DNA of 63,875 nucleotides, filler included, from Olpidium bornovanus S191 (taxonomy: Eukaryota; Fungi; Olpidiomycota): NCBI GenBank assembly GCA_017911155.1. It is 34 parts of 34 records of this genome, joined end to end, with 100 filler letters (N's around TTAATTAATTAA, not from the genome) between each part and the next. Parts side by side here need not be neighbours in the genome. Positions count along the whole stretch, not along the records: positions 36,498 to 38,811 come from JAEFCI010000621.1; positions 38,912 to 40,252 come from JAEFCI010013199.1; positions 40,353 to 42,574 come from JAEFCI010001067.1; positions 42,675 to 43,778 come from JAEFCI010006296.1; positions 43,879 to 45,142 come from JAEFCI010000438.1; positions 45,243 to 47,950 come from JAEFCI010008260.1; positions 48,051 to 51,386 come from JAEFCI010000245.1; 27 more parts are not named here. One strand, written 5' to 3'. Below the pieces are notes generated by a model. It did not search any database. It saw only the letters and a list, made by a program, of their open reading frames with translations, and had not been told where the DNA came from. Positions 37,444 to 48,757 of this stretch are shown here, one piece after another. The position numbers were made by a program, and so were the translations under genes. Position 1 is the stretch's first letter. The number at the start of each line of letters is the position of its first letter.

Positions 37444-37852
37444 CTCGGGCCGCCGCTAGGGAAAAAGCTCCGCGAGCAGAATAAAAAAAAAAAAGAAAAC
37501 GCGCGCGCACCGTCCGTTGATCAAGTTGACTCCCGCCGCTCTCGGCGGTTTCTCGCGCGCTGCTCGGCCCGTCTGGCGCGTCGCCGCCGCTCTCGGGATC
37601 TCCGCTTGGCCCCGGCCCCGGCAGCCGACGACCCTTTCCCCTGTGCGCCTTCGCGCGCCGCCGCCTCAGCCCGCGGGCCGGACCGGCCCCTGCGCGAGCT
37701 CCCTGACCCGGCCGGCGCGTCGTCCGACTTCACCGGCACCGCCCACCGCGGATCAGCGGACCCGTTCCGAGGGCGCGATCCCCCGGAGTCCCCGCCGCCC
37801 GCTGGTCGACGGCGCGCTCCGCGCGAGCTTGCGGGCCGGACAGAAAGCGAGC

Positions 37853-38570
37853 ATGCACCCGCACCCGCCTCCTGCGCACGTCCCGCCGTTTCCCACGTCG
37901 GGACTGGTTCCGAAAGAGGCGAGAGCCTACCGCCCCTTTCCGTCGGTTCACGCTTTCGCGAACGGACGGGGCTCTGTTTTCAGAACGCTGACAGCCGAGT
38001 TCCCCCCCCCCCCCCCTTGTTATCCTTCGTCTTTTCCGCGTCACGCGCATCCCGACTGCAGACCACCGAGGCGGCGGCCTTCTTGAAAAAGTATCCGTCT
38101 TACGATGGACGCGGAACTGTCGTGGCTATCCTTGACACCGGTGCGAAGCCTTCTGCGCCGACGAACGTCAGAAACGTCAACCGCAGGCGGTTGAACCTGC
38201 TGTTCCGCACTCGTTTGCAGGCGTCGACCCCGGGGCGGTTGGCCTGCAAGTCACGAGCGACGGCAAGCCGAAGATAATCGATTTGATCGATTGCACCGGT
38301 TCCGGAGACGTCCCCTGCACTACCAAAGCGAAACCAGATATTATTGAAAAAGACGGCCAGAAGCTGCCATCCCTCAAAGGCCTTTCCGGCCGCACCCTGC
38401 TGCTGAATCCTCTCTGGAAGCCAACCGATGGCGAGTTCCGCCTTGGTTTAAAGCGCGCGTATGAACTCTATCCCAAGCCGCTCGTCAACCGGTTGCGGAA
38501 GGTTAGTGGGTTTGGTCAATTTTGGGTCTCTCCTCCACGGCAAGTTCTCCGTAAAAGACGTCTGAGCGTC

Positions 38571-38610
<40 letters not shown>

Positions 38611-38811
38611 AGGAACGACGCGATCAATTCGAAGTGGATCACCACAAGCTGGTGACAGCCGTGCAGCAGCAGCTCGCTGATTGGGACAAGAAGTACCCGA
38701 ATCCTTCCGCCGCGTCCGAGGACGACCTGCGCGCTCGGGGGGACCTCGAAGCTTGCAGAGATGAGCTGAAAAACTTGTACAAGAACTATGACGATCCTGG
38801 CCCTGTCATGG
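37853..38811 (+). CDS. TPP2: Tripeptidyl peptidase II, N-terminal exons
   Basis: FPTSGLVPKE|TTEAAAFLKKYPSYDGRGTVVAILDT|GVDPGAVGLQVTSDGKPKIIDLIDCTGSGDV..LKGLSGRTL..FRLGLKRAYELYP; subtilase catalytic Asp motif ILDTG. Confidence 0.96.
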
Positions 38812-39161
38812 NNNNNNNNNNNNNNNNNNNNNNNNNNNNNNNNNNNNNNNNNNNNTTAATTAATTAANNNNNNNNNNNNNNNNNNNNNNNNNNNNNNNNN
38901 NNNNNNNNNNNACATGGAGATGCAAGTTTGGCGCATATTTACGGAGGACTTCCGCTTGTTACCGGCAAACCACGGCAGAAAGCAATATTTCGTACGACTA
39001 ATGATGCCGCGATACAGGACGTTGTTGCGAAATGTGTCGCTTATACCCGGCAATTACAAAATCAAGCAGAAGCGCCGATCGCTGAAGATGGCGTATAGTT
39101 TTACCGCGCGACCGGTGGCTTCACCTGACGCAGGAGGTTATGGGACGTGCGTTGGCAACTA

Positions 39162-39235
39162 CCGGTTAATCTCCAGGAAACGAACGGAGAGAAGCACGCC
39201 GGTTAGTCTCCAGGAAGCGAATGGAGAGAAGCACG
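39162..39235. repeat. 37-bp tandem duplication
   Basis: CCGGTTA.TCTCCAGGAA.CGAA.GGAGAGAAGCACG at 39162 and 39199. Confidence 0.9.
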
Positions 39236-41198
39236 CGGGGGCTGTGGCGTAAGCGGGGTTCCACCGGAACGTACGGACAAAAGAGAGAGGACAGAAGAGC
39301 GATAAGAGCGCAAGACCCGCTCGCCACGACCCCTCGTCAGTAGCAACAGTTTTCTTCGCTAAATGCGGCCCGCAGTCACCCCCGCCCCCCTCCGAAAAAA
39401 AAAAACAAAATAAAAGGCAACCGGAAGCTCCCCTTCCCCCGCCGACGTATAAAACGACCCTCCGCCGGCCACAACATACGGCAGGGTAACGGAATTAATA
39501 TTAATCCTTAGATCTTTAATTAATGAATATTGGTGCCATCCCTCGCCGCTCCCGCTCCTCCGGACTTCTCCCCTCTCCCGCTCCCCGCCCTCCGCCGGGC
39601 TCCCGCCGCCGCGGCCCCGTGCAAAGGACGCCGGAGGCGCCGCAGGTGGAGACGCAGAGCCCGCCTGAAAGGTCCCCCAGAAAGCGCCAGCACCTACGCC
39701 CCGGAGGGCTCCGCGGTTCCACCAGCGCACGCGTGCGGTATGTTGCGGTCGCCTAGGGACGCGCTTAATTGCCGGAGCTCAAACAAGAGGCTCACAAACG
39801 CCCCCATTCGCCACCACCGCCACCAGCGGAACACGGTCATCCTCCCCCTCGCCCCCCCTCCGCCCGCCGCCGCCCGCCCGCCTCAAAACAGCCGCGACCG
39901 TTTCAGATTCGATCCCGGAGCCGGGCGCTCTCTTGTCTGTAGTCTTTCCGCCGGCCTACGAGACGCTGCTGCCGACGTCGCGTTTCAATACGTTCGACGA
40001 AATTCGGTATGTGCTCGTTAGATATACCGGAGAAATGCAAGCGCGTCGCCTGTGGGGCATGAAGAATGAATGTTTGCCGCACCTGTGGTGTAAATCATGC
40101 GCATAAAGTGTCAATAAACTGTTACTGAACTCATGATCCCGGTCCCCCCCCGGCTCACCATTTCCGCTGTCACCCGGCCGTTTCCGACTCCCGTTATATT
40201 TTTGCACAGGTACGAAATCATTCGTCACGTCTGTTTTAAGCCGGAGACTTTGNNNNNNNNNNNNNNNNNNNNNNNNNNNNNNNNNNNNNNNNNNNNTTAA
40301 TTAATTAANNNNNNNNNNNNNNNNNNNNNNNNNNNNNNNNNNNNNNNNNNNNTTTCCAGCCGAATTCACGATAGAATTCTGGGCAGGACTCAAGTGTATG
40401 GATGCTCCCATACTGCATCAGTTTTTATCAATTTTTCGAATTTTTATCGATACACCGCTTGGCCTTCTTCATGGTTGGGTCGTCCCTTATTCAACTTTCA
40501 TTGATGCACTTGTTCGTCCTTCGATTGATCAATCATACCATTTCCTTTTCTTTTTTGGTGGAAGCCCTCCGTTCACGTAAAACCTCGGCCATTCTAGTGT
40601 ACACCAGAAACCTTCGACGAAACTATCCACAACTCAAGGCCGCAGAGTTTGCAGCAGGATTGTCGGAGAAGCTCAACGCAGATTTTGCGGCAGCATTTGC
40701 GGCAAGACGGGATCTGTGGTAGAAACAGCGAAGGATTTACGGAGAGCCGAGGGGTGGCCATGGCGCGCTATCTGAGGGGGCGAAGCCCAACGAGGCGTAG
40801 CAAACAGCCCCACGGGACCCACCAAATCTGAGCGCTGAGCTCCTGCCCAAACCGTCGCGAATATGCGTCGCAAATATGATCCTGAGATCGCTTTTTTGAG
40901 CGAGCCGCCGGTGGGCCCCGTGCTTGAGCTGCGGTCCAAGCTGCGTAGAAAGCCGCCGGGCGCGTTGAACGAGTACGACGGCCACAACCTCGCCGCATCT
41001 GCAAGTTTTGCAGCACGTCGCCGCCCGTTTTTCGCTTGGAATGCGGAACGCTTTGCCGAAGGCGGCGGAGACAACAACCTAGCTGTACCTGGCTCTTGCG
41101 TTTCCGGCGAATTTCACGGGCGAAGGGCAGAGGCAGTTTGCGCGCGGTCAACAAAAAAAAGTGTTTTCGACTGACCTGCCTGTGCGCACAACCCCCGC

Positions 41199-42217
41199 AA
41201 TGCGTAGTTGGAGATGATTCGCGAGAATAATGCCGTGCTTGCAGGACGCCAGCTTGGCCCCGGCATTCTCAGGATTCGCAAATTCAACAAGCGTAACGCG
41301 AGTGAAACAAGACATAGGAAATCGAAAAAGAATCCAGACGACAATCTCTCACGGCGGTCCAGCCTTCGCCTTCGCGGGATAAAGTTTGATAGCGACTGCC
41401 ATGAGCAGGACCGGCGGACGATGTTGACAGTAGGGGAGGGGGGGACGAAGGAAACCCCCAAGGAAAGACGGCGATCTTTTGCTCGCCGACATGCTGGGTG
41501 ACGATGGCATCGGCGAAGATGGGTGCGGGGATCTGGCTGGCGTCCTAAGGCCTGCGTCTTCGTTGCCTTCTCCCTCTCGGCGACGGGAGAAAAGGAGAGT
41601 GACAAGAAGAATTATACAACGGAGCGTCAAATGCTCGACACGACGCTGGGCCGGCGATTGGCCAAATTATTGCTACGTCACGCGCCTGTCAAGGTCAGGC
41701 CGCAAAGAATATATTTGCAGGCGCTCCATTTGTCCCCCGAGCAACCGGTTCTTGCAGCGAGGGACAAGGCGGGATACCTGGGCTTCTTACAACTAGGAGG
41801 CGAGGGCACCGACCTGCAGGTGTGGGCAATCAAAGCACATACGCCAACGATAAGCCGGGTGCTGTTCTCCCTGCGGACCCCGGCGTGCTCTTTACTAGCG
41901 GCTACGACGGGCCCGTCCGGCAGTTGGATTTTGTGGCGTTAAAATTCACCGAGGCCTTCACTTTTCTAGAGCTCGCTGGTTTACGCCTGACTGCCGACGT
42001 CGACAATGAAAACGACTGTCTGATCACCTGCGTGGACGCCCCGCGCGACTCCCCGAACACTTTCTGGTTCTGGAGCGCGTCTGAACTGGTAAAAGGGAAT
42101 GGAATTGGAATGACGCAAGAGAACGCCGTGAAGTCAGTCAAATTTGGGCCCCGGGGGACCTTCGGTGATGAATACGTCGCCCAGGTTCTTTTCTGCCGGA
42201 ATGCGAAATTTGCTTGA
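41199..42217 (+). pseudogene. WDR76: WDR76/Cmr1-like WD40 gene with frame disruption
   Basis: LEMIRENNAVL..RRSSLRLRG N-terminus; VKVRPQRIY..LAARDKAGYLG..HTPTISRVLFS then frame change near 41868 to PADPGVLFTSGYDGPVRQLDF..FTEAF; ends at premature stop 42217. Confidence 0.7.
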
Positions 42218-42674
42218 TCTTGCCGGCAGTCAGGGGTTGGGAAGGTCTGCAGCTGCGCCGAGATAAAAAATGCAAATCTCACTGTGCATGGCCCATACTT
42301 TTGGACGCGGCGTGCATCGTGTGCGATTTTGATCACGCCGCGGTCTGGAGGATGTGGTTGACAGCGTTTTGGAGCCGAGGGATCTCACAGCGAGATCCCC
42401 GATGGACGTGCCCTTGCGCGAGCCCTCTGGAACAGGACGCCCTTTGCTTTTGCCCGAAAAGTTGTCGCGAGGCTGGCAGCGCGGTTAAAAAAGGGTTGGT
42501 TTATTCTGCAGCGGCCGCTCAAAAAAATAAAAAGAAAAAAAAAGAAAAAAAAAGAAAAAAAAAGAAAAAAAAAANNNNNNNNNNNNNNNNNNNNNNNNNN
42601 NNNNNNNNNNNNNNNNNNTTAATTAATTAANNNNNNNNNNNNNNNNNNNNNNNNNNNNNNNNNNNNNNNNNNNN

Positions 42675-42762
<88 letters not shown>

Positions 42763-43178
42763 CGTGGAGGAAATGCACCGTCAGCGCGCGGTGGCAGCTG
42801 ACGGCGAAGTTCGCTTCGGAAGGTTCGCGGCGTTCGTGCCCCCGTAGCAGCTGTACTGCTACGACGAACGCCTCGCTGGGGGCCTTCGACGGCTACGCCG
42901 TCGGCGACGCGACCAACGAGTCCGACCCGGTTGGACGTCGCCGACGGCGGTCGCGGGCGGCTTCAAAGCCAGCGTCTTGCTACAAGCACCCTGAGCAAAG
43001 TCGGCTTCCAGGTCGTGATCCGCGACCCCGGCATACGCCTACAAGTTTGTCGCTCTCTACATCCGCTGCGGCGCCTCGCGCTGCGGAAAGGTGCACCCTT
43101 GCTGATCGACACCGACGGCAAAGTTTTCCAACCGCGTGCGGGCTCGCACGGCTCCCCCGACAATTTTCCCGCCGTGAC

Positions 43179-43340
43179 GGCGAACAGGGCGCTCTGGCGG
43201 CCGGCGTGCCACGCCCAGTCCGAAATCATCGCCCTCCCGCGGCACGGCTGCCAGCAGGCGGCGAACAGGGCGTTCTGGCGGCCGGCGTGCCGCGCCCAGT
43301 CCGAAATCATCGCCCTCCCGCGGCACGGCTGCCAGCCGGG
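43179..43340. repeat. Near-perfect 81-bp tandem duplication
   Basis: GGCGAACAGGGCG.TCTGGCGGCCGGCGTGCC.CGCCCAGTCCGAAATCATCGCCCTCCCGCGGCACGGCTGCCAGC at 43179 and 43260. Confidence 0.95.
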
Positions 43341-44304
43341 CAAACTGAAGGCCCGTGATCACGGGGCCGCGCTTGGACCGCGTACCTGCACCGCAAAATG
43401 GACCGCGGGGCGCTGCCGCTGGACCCCCAGGCGTTCACCCGCTTCCACCACGGCGCAAGGTCTGCTCGCAAGACGTCGCAATTCTGCGCGGCTGCCTTGG
43501 GGAAGGCAAAGCTCATGCGGCCGACCCGACGACAGCGCTCACCAAATAGCTGGCAACGACGGACGCTTTACGAAGTTTCAAACCAAGGCCAACAACCTGC
43601 ATTAGCGTTTGCGTCGCCTCGGAAGATATTTTATCACCGTTTCTTGCACAATTCTCCTCATGTTTGTGAAAACGTGACGAAAATTTAGAAAAGCGCTGAA
43701 ATTAATGCAATAGCTGTTCTGAACCTCGCTGCTTAATACAGTATTCCGGCCGACCCCTGACGCCCGCCGGCGTACCCANNNNNNNNNNNNNNNNNNNNNN
43801 NNNNNNNNNNNNNNNNNNNNNNTTAATTAATTAANNNNNNNNNNNNNNNNNNNNNNNNNNNNNNNNNNNNNNNNNNNNAAGCTGAGAACAGCGCGTACCC
43901 AAACGGCCTGTGTGAAACGTGTCACGTGGAAAAAGGTGTCCTCTTTTTCGTGGTTCTGCCAACTCTTCAGCCTCGCTATGCTCACACGGACATTTCATGA
44001 TTGGAAACAAACAATGTTACTCGGACTGCGGCGTAAGCCGGGGTGCGGCGGAAGCGTTTCAGGCCCGCCATGGCAACCGCGCCTACGCCGATGTCCGGGG
44101 ATTTCCGCTTTGTACACGCGGCATGGCAACCGATCCGCCGAACCCCTCCCCCTAACCCCCCCCTTTCCCCGGATACCCGTTCACGCACAACGTACTCCGA
44201 CCGCAGCTAGCGCTACGCGCGGGGTGCAAACTCTGCGAGGTGCGCTTTACAATTTCCGCCGGCCAGAGGAAAAACTATTAGCCGTTTCCAAACGCAAAAG
44301 AGTG

Positions 44305-45142
44305 ATGGAAAAATCCAACATGTCCCTCCTGTCGGCAAAGATGGGCAACGTCGACCCGGAAGTCGGCACGGCCAAGCCGAACAAGTTGCGGAAAAAGCCA
44401 CCAAGAGACGAGCTGAACGTCGGCCACATCAGCGCCGAGAGGAAGAGATGGCTGTTTTTCGTGTGGCTGATGACGGCGTTTATCCCAGATGCGGCAATAA
44501 AGTTGTTCGGTGGAATGCGTTCAGCGAGTAAGGTTCAGAAACGCCGAAGTGGGGGGCAGTCTCGTCAGAGCTCCCCGAAGCTCACCGAGGTCGTCTGGTC
44601 ATCTCCAAACCTCAACAGGCCAAGTCCAAGCGTGGCGGGAAAAGATGGCCCTTTGCTGGTTCGTGCTGGCGTCGTCGATCATCGCCATACTCTGGCTGGA
44701 AGGCTTTTCGCTGCTCCTGTGTCCCCAGGAAAAATCGTTGCTGGGGCCCACGGTAGTACAACTCGACATCAAAGAGCTGGCGTCGGAGAAGGATCTAGTT
44801 GCCGTAAACGGACGCCTCTACGACCTCCGACGGTCAGACGGGCCCGTTTCGAATGCACTGCGGCCGTACGCCGGCTCGGACGCGAGCACGATGTTCCCGC
44901 AATTCGCCGCTCTAGGCCGCGTCGTCTCCGCCACGGGCGGGTACGCCGACCCGGCCATCGCCGCTTGCGTGACCAACAGCAGCGTGGCCGACAACTGGCT
45001 GGCAATGAGGGTCAGGTACGACGGGAGCTCCCTCAAAATTAAGAACAACACCCTTACCGACTGCCCAACACCCGGTTTGACCTTTGAGCAAAAAGCTGCG
45101 GCCACGACAGGAGAGACCTGCTATTACACCATTGCGGCCATG
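44305..45142 (+). CDS. Chitin synthase (division 2, class IV/V/VII type) N-terminal TM and cytochrome b5-like region
   Basis: RKRWLFFVWLMTAFIPD..GGMR..|QAWREKMALC; b5-like VAVNGRLYDL..YAGSDASTMFP. No myosin motor domain before the first TM. Confidence 0.9.
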
Positions 45143-45242
45143 NNNNNNNNNNNNNNNNNNNNNNNNNNNNNNNNNNNNNNNNNNNNTTAATTAATTAANN
45201 NNNNNNNNNNNNNNNNNNNNNNNNNNNNNNNNNNNNNNNNNN

Positions 45243-45609
45243 ACCAGACTTTGTTGCGCAACGAGGCTTGTTGGAAGAGCTTATTGTTGCGGCAGGCCAC
45301 AAGATCATCTTCTACCCGAAGTTTCATTGTGAGTTGAACTTCATCGAGAACTTTTGGGGTGCCGCCAAGCGATATACTTGAAAGAACTGCGATTATTCGT
45401 GGGACGATTTGCTGCAAACAGTGCCTCTTGCGCTTGCGTCCGTTGAATTAACGGAAATCCGACGTCACGCAAGAAAATGTCACCGGTTCATGGACATCTA
45501 CCGAAAGAATCTAACTGGAAAGGCTGCTGAATATGCGGTTAAAAAATATCGTTCTCATCGACGCATTCCCGCATCCGTGCTCCTGAATATCAACGCGTTA
45601 TTGACGTAA
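45243..45609 (+). mobile_element. IS630-Tc1-mariner-type DDE transposase C-terminus, inactivated
   Basis: [70 protein letters not shown]; in-frame TGA at 45379-45381. Confidence 0.88.
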
Positions 45610-46936
45610 ATCAATTACAAACACACCCTTGGTACAAATTTTATACAAAATGTAGCCCTTGATCTGTAGATTATTTTGCATCTAACGGCAGGTCTGGGCG
45701 TCACTTGGTTGCTGAGTTATTAAGCTCGACGTCAAGTTACGCGTAGCCCAGATTGACGTGTTAGTTCCTACATGATTTACATAGTTTGCCGCGCGGCCAA
45801 ATTTACGCTCCTCCATACAAATTTCAGAAAATTGGCTTTTTTTGACCGTCGACTACTCTGTGAAATATTGGAAATCCGCTTCGATTAGGATGTTTGTTGA
45901 TGTCAGAACAACGATTCTATAGAGTAATTTCAGCATTTAGGCAGTTGTGAGAGATGCAGATACGAGTCCACAATGGTGCCGAAAGGTAGCTGGCTTTAAG
46001 TGTCGCGCACTATATTGCTCGGCAAATGGCGCGCCTGCAATGCCGGATTTCGCTATTGGGACCCGTGAAGCCAAAACAACGCTGGAGTTCGTCTCACTAT
46101 TGGGCCCGAGAGGTAAAGACGTGGGGAAGGGATGGGTGGGGCGGTGGGGAAAGGGAAAAGAAAGAAAGGGAATGGGAGTTAGGTGGTTCCTCGCGCGCTT
46201 CTACCCCTCCTCGTGGACCTGTATTGGCCCAAATTACACTATTCCCCGTGTTCTCGCAAATTGTCCCCAAAACCCGCCGTTTTTTTATCCGGAACGATCA
46301 CGTTCCCTTCCCCCCCTTTTCCGACCTCTCCTCCCCCCGCGTTTAGGGGGGGGGGGGGATCAAACCCCCTGTTCTACCTGTTTCCGGTGGGCCGCACGGG
46401 TCTGTTTATCCGGTTGGAGCCGACATACTGTACTCACCATGTCGCACCAGAGGATCAGGCAACCTGCCAGCTGAACAACTCGAATCAACTTTTTTTTACC
46501 TCGGGAATAATTTCGTCATCCAGACAAAACTTGGCGTTAATGAAAATGTCGAAGGGTGTAGCCCAGCAGCACGTACCTTTGTGCCCTTCATTTTCTTTTA
46601 CTCTGAACGCACCGCGTGGTGACGGCTCGGGGCGGCTGCTTGAATGTCGGCTCACCGGGGCATTTTTTTTCTTTTTTTCCAACGTTGCTTTCCAGGAGTT
46701 TCGGGGGATTTTCCCTGTGTAAGTTCTAAATAATTGGTTTATAGGTAAAAATATATACGGGTTGTCTAAACCGCGAATGTCAAAAGTGTGTATATATATA
46801 TATGTAGAAGGTCTAAGATATAAATAAGAAGCGCGGAGAGGGGACCGCAGCGGAAAGAAAATAAAAAAAAACCAACAACGACAGCCTCCAGAAAGTGCTC
46901 CGTGCGGCAGTCAGTCGGCGGTGCCAAGCGGCCGGG

Positions 46937-47950
46937 TCACTGTCCGTCGACCAGCGGAGGACACAGCGTGGGACGCGGCACCTCGCATAAACCGAAGTTG
47001 ACACCCAGACCCCCCGTTCCCGGAATGATGAGAGCCCCCGTCGGCCCCATTATCGTGCACACTCCGTCGTTGCCCGGGCCGCCGTTCAGATTCTGTGGGA
47101 GAAAAAAAATGATGAAGAAAGAAAGACCCCCAGCCCCCCCCCCCCCCGCCGCCGCCGCCGCCAAAGACAGAAAGCAGCAAAAAAAGACCTTCGCGAACGA
47201 GCGTCGCAAAAAAAGGAAAGCGGCGCTTGACGATAACTTACCGACGTCCAGACGTAGCCGCTCCCAAACATCGGCAAAACGTTTTGAACGAGAAACGCCT
47301 GTTCCCCCGGGTTGTTAACCTCGACAACACAAGACTTGGGCGACGTCGCTCCGCCGCCGTTGCACGTGGACAGCGCGGTGCACTTGGCGAATAATTCAGG
47401 TCGCGTGTACGTCCCGGGCAGCTGGACGTAGCAGTTGTCCTGGTAGCACCACTGCGTGCTGCAGTTTACGCCATCTGCCGGAGGAAGGCAAGACGCCGTG
47501 TTGCAGGTCTGGGTCTCAATGAGCGGCCCGGCCTGGTCGCACGTCAGACCTGGAGCTCTGCCTTCCTCGAGGACAGTGCGGCTCCGCCATTGGGTTCCTC
47601 CGCCGCACGCCACCGAGCACACCGTCCATTCAGACCAGCTGGACAGCTGGCAGTCGCGCCCGGTCGGACAGAACTGCATCACTCGACCGTAAACTCCAGT
47701 CGTCCCGTCCGGGTCCTGGAGCTCGCTGGACCACGCGACGACGAAGAGCTCCGGGCCGGTAACGGCGACGGACGGTAGGCTCTGCGATCCAGATGTCTGG
47801 ACGTTGACGGCGGTTTCCGGGCCTTCGCGATCACCGTTGGCGCCGAAAGCCTGGCCGAAGACGGCGTAACCGTCCCCATCCGCATCCAGAGTATCCCAGA
47901 CGACGACAAAACCGCCGTCCCACCGGCTTGCAGCTTTCGCGTCGCCCATG
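46937..47950 (-). CDS. 3' part of a modular extracellular protein: bacterial-type repeats + TSP1 + C-type-lectin-like domain
   Basis: Exons 47242-47950 and 46937-47092 (GTAAGT..CCACAG). DGGFVVVW..DGDGYAVFGQAF..GPETAVNVQTSGSQSLPSVA..FVVAWSS; DCQLSSWSEWTVCSVACGGGTQWRSRTV..ETQTCNTASC; CSTQWCYQDNCY..C..VEVNNPGEQAFL..YVW..C..LCE. Confidence 0.8.
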
Positions 47951-48075
47951 NNNNNNNNNNNNNNNNNNNNNNNNNNNNNNNNNNNNNNNNNNNNTTAATT
48001 AATTAANNNNNNNNNNNNNNNNNNNNNNNNNNNNNNNNNNNNNNNNNNNNCCCCCCCCCCCCCCCCCCGCCCCCC

Positions 48076-48127
<52 letters not shown>

Positions 48128-48757
48128 GAAGGAGGAATAAAGGGGCTGCGTCACTTTGCCCTACAACCCGCACCGAATCGCCCTCGATTCCCGATCGGAT
48201 CAGTTCCTTGTGCAAGCGGGGAAGGCTGCCCCGGAGCCCCCCCCCCCCCCCCCCCCCTTCCCTCCCACAGTCAAACCGCCCCCCTCCCCACTTGGAATTG
48301 TTGATTGTTCTCCCTAGACACGGGCGTCCCCCTCTTTTCCGCCCTTTGCTTTTGCGCCCTCGCTCTCGCCCCACGCGGGCGGCGCCTCCGGCCCTGCAAA
48401 ATAGCTTAAGATGCGCGCGTTGCACAGGACCTGGTGTACGTACAGTCCTGCAAGTCTTCTGCCGACTTAGCCAGCAACAGAAAGGTTAGCAGCCGAGCGG
48501 CTGGTTACAAATTTAACAGGCCTCTCCAAGCTCCTAACCGAAGGGCGTGAAAAAAGCTGGAAAAACGTTGGAACGTGCACGAATACTAAAAGATCCGTTT
48601 ATGATGATATGAAGTCCCGCGCTGCAAAGTTGCGGGGGAAAAAAACCAGGAAGAAAAAAAGAAAGCGCCAGGAACGCGCGAACAGAAAAATTCGAATGGT
48701 GGGTGGGGGGGGGGGGGGCGCGGGGAAAACCAGTCCGCCCGGCCTTCCTCCACTCAA

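Noticed and set aside
39516-39523. Internal TTAATTAA as a linker remnant
   Set aside because: Only 8 bp, no N flanks, inside a naturally AT-rich patch.
38914-40252. ORFs at 38914-39252 (+) and 39956-40228 (-)
   Set aside because: No recognisable motif or consistent splice model; cannot be supported as genes.
44305-45142. Myosin-motor chitin synthase (class V)
   Set aside because: The frame upstream of the first TM segment is short and shows no myosin motifs.
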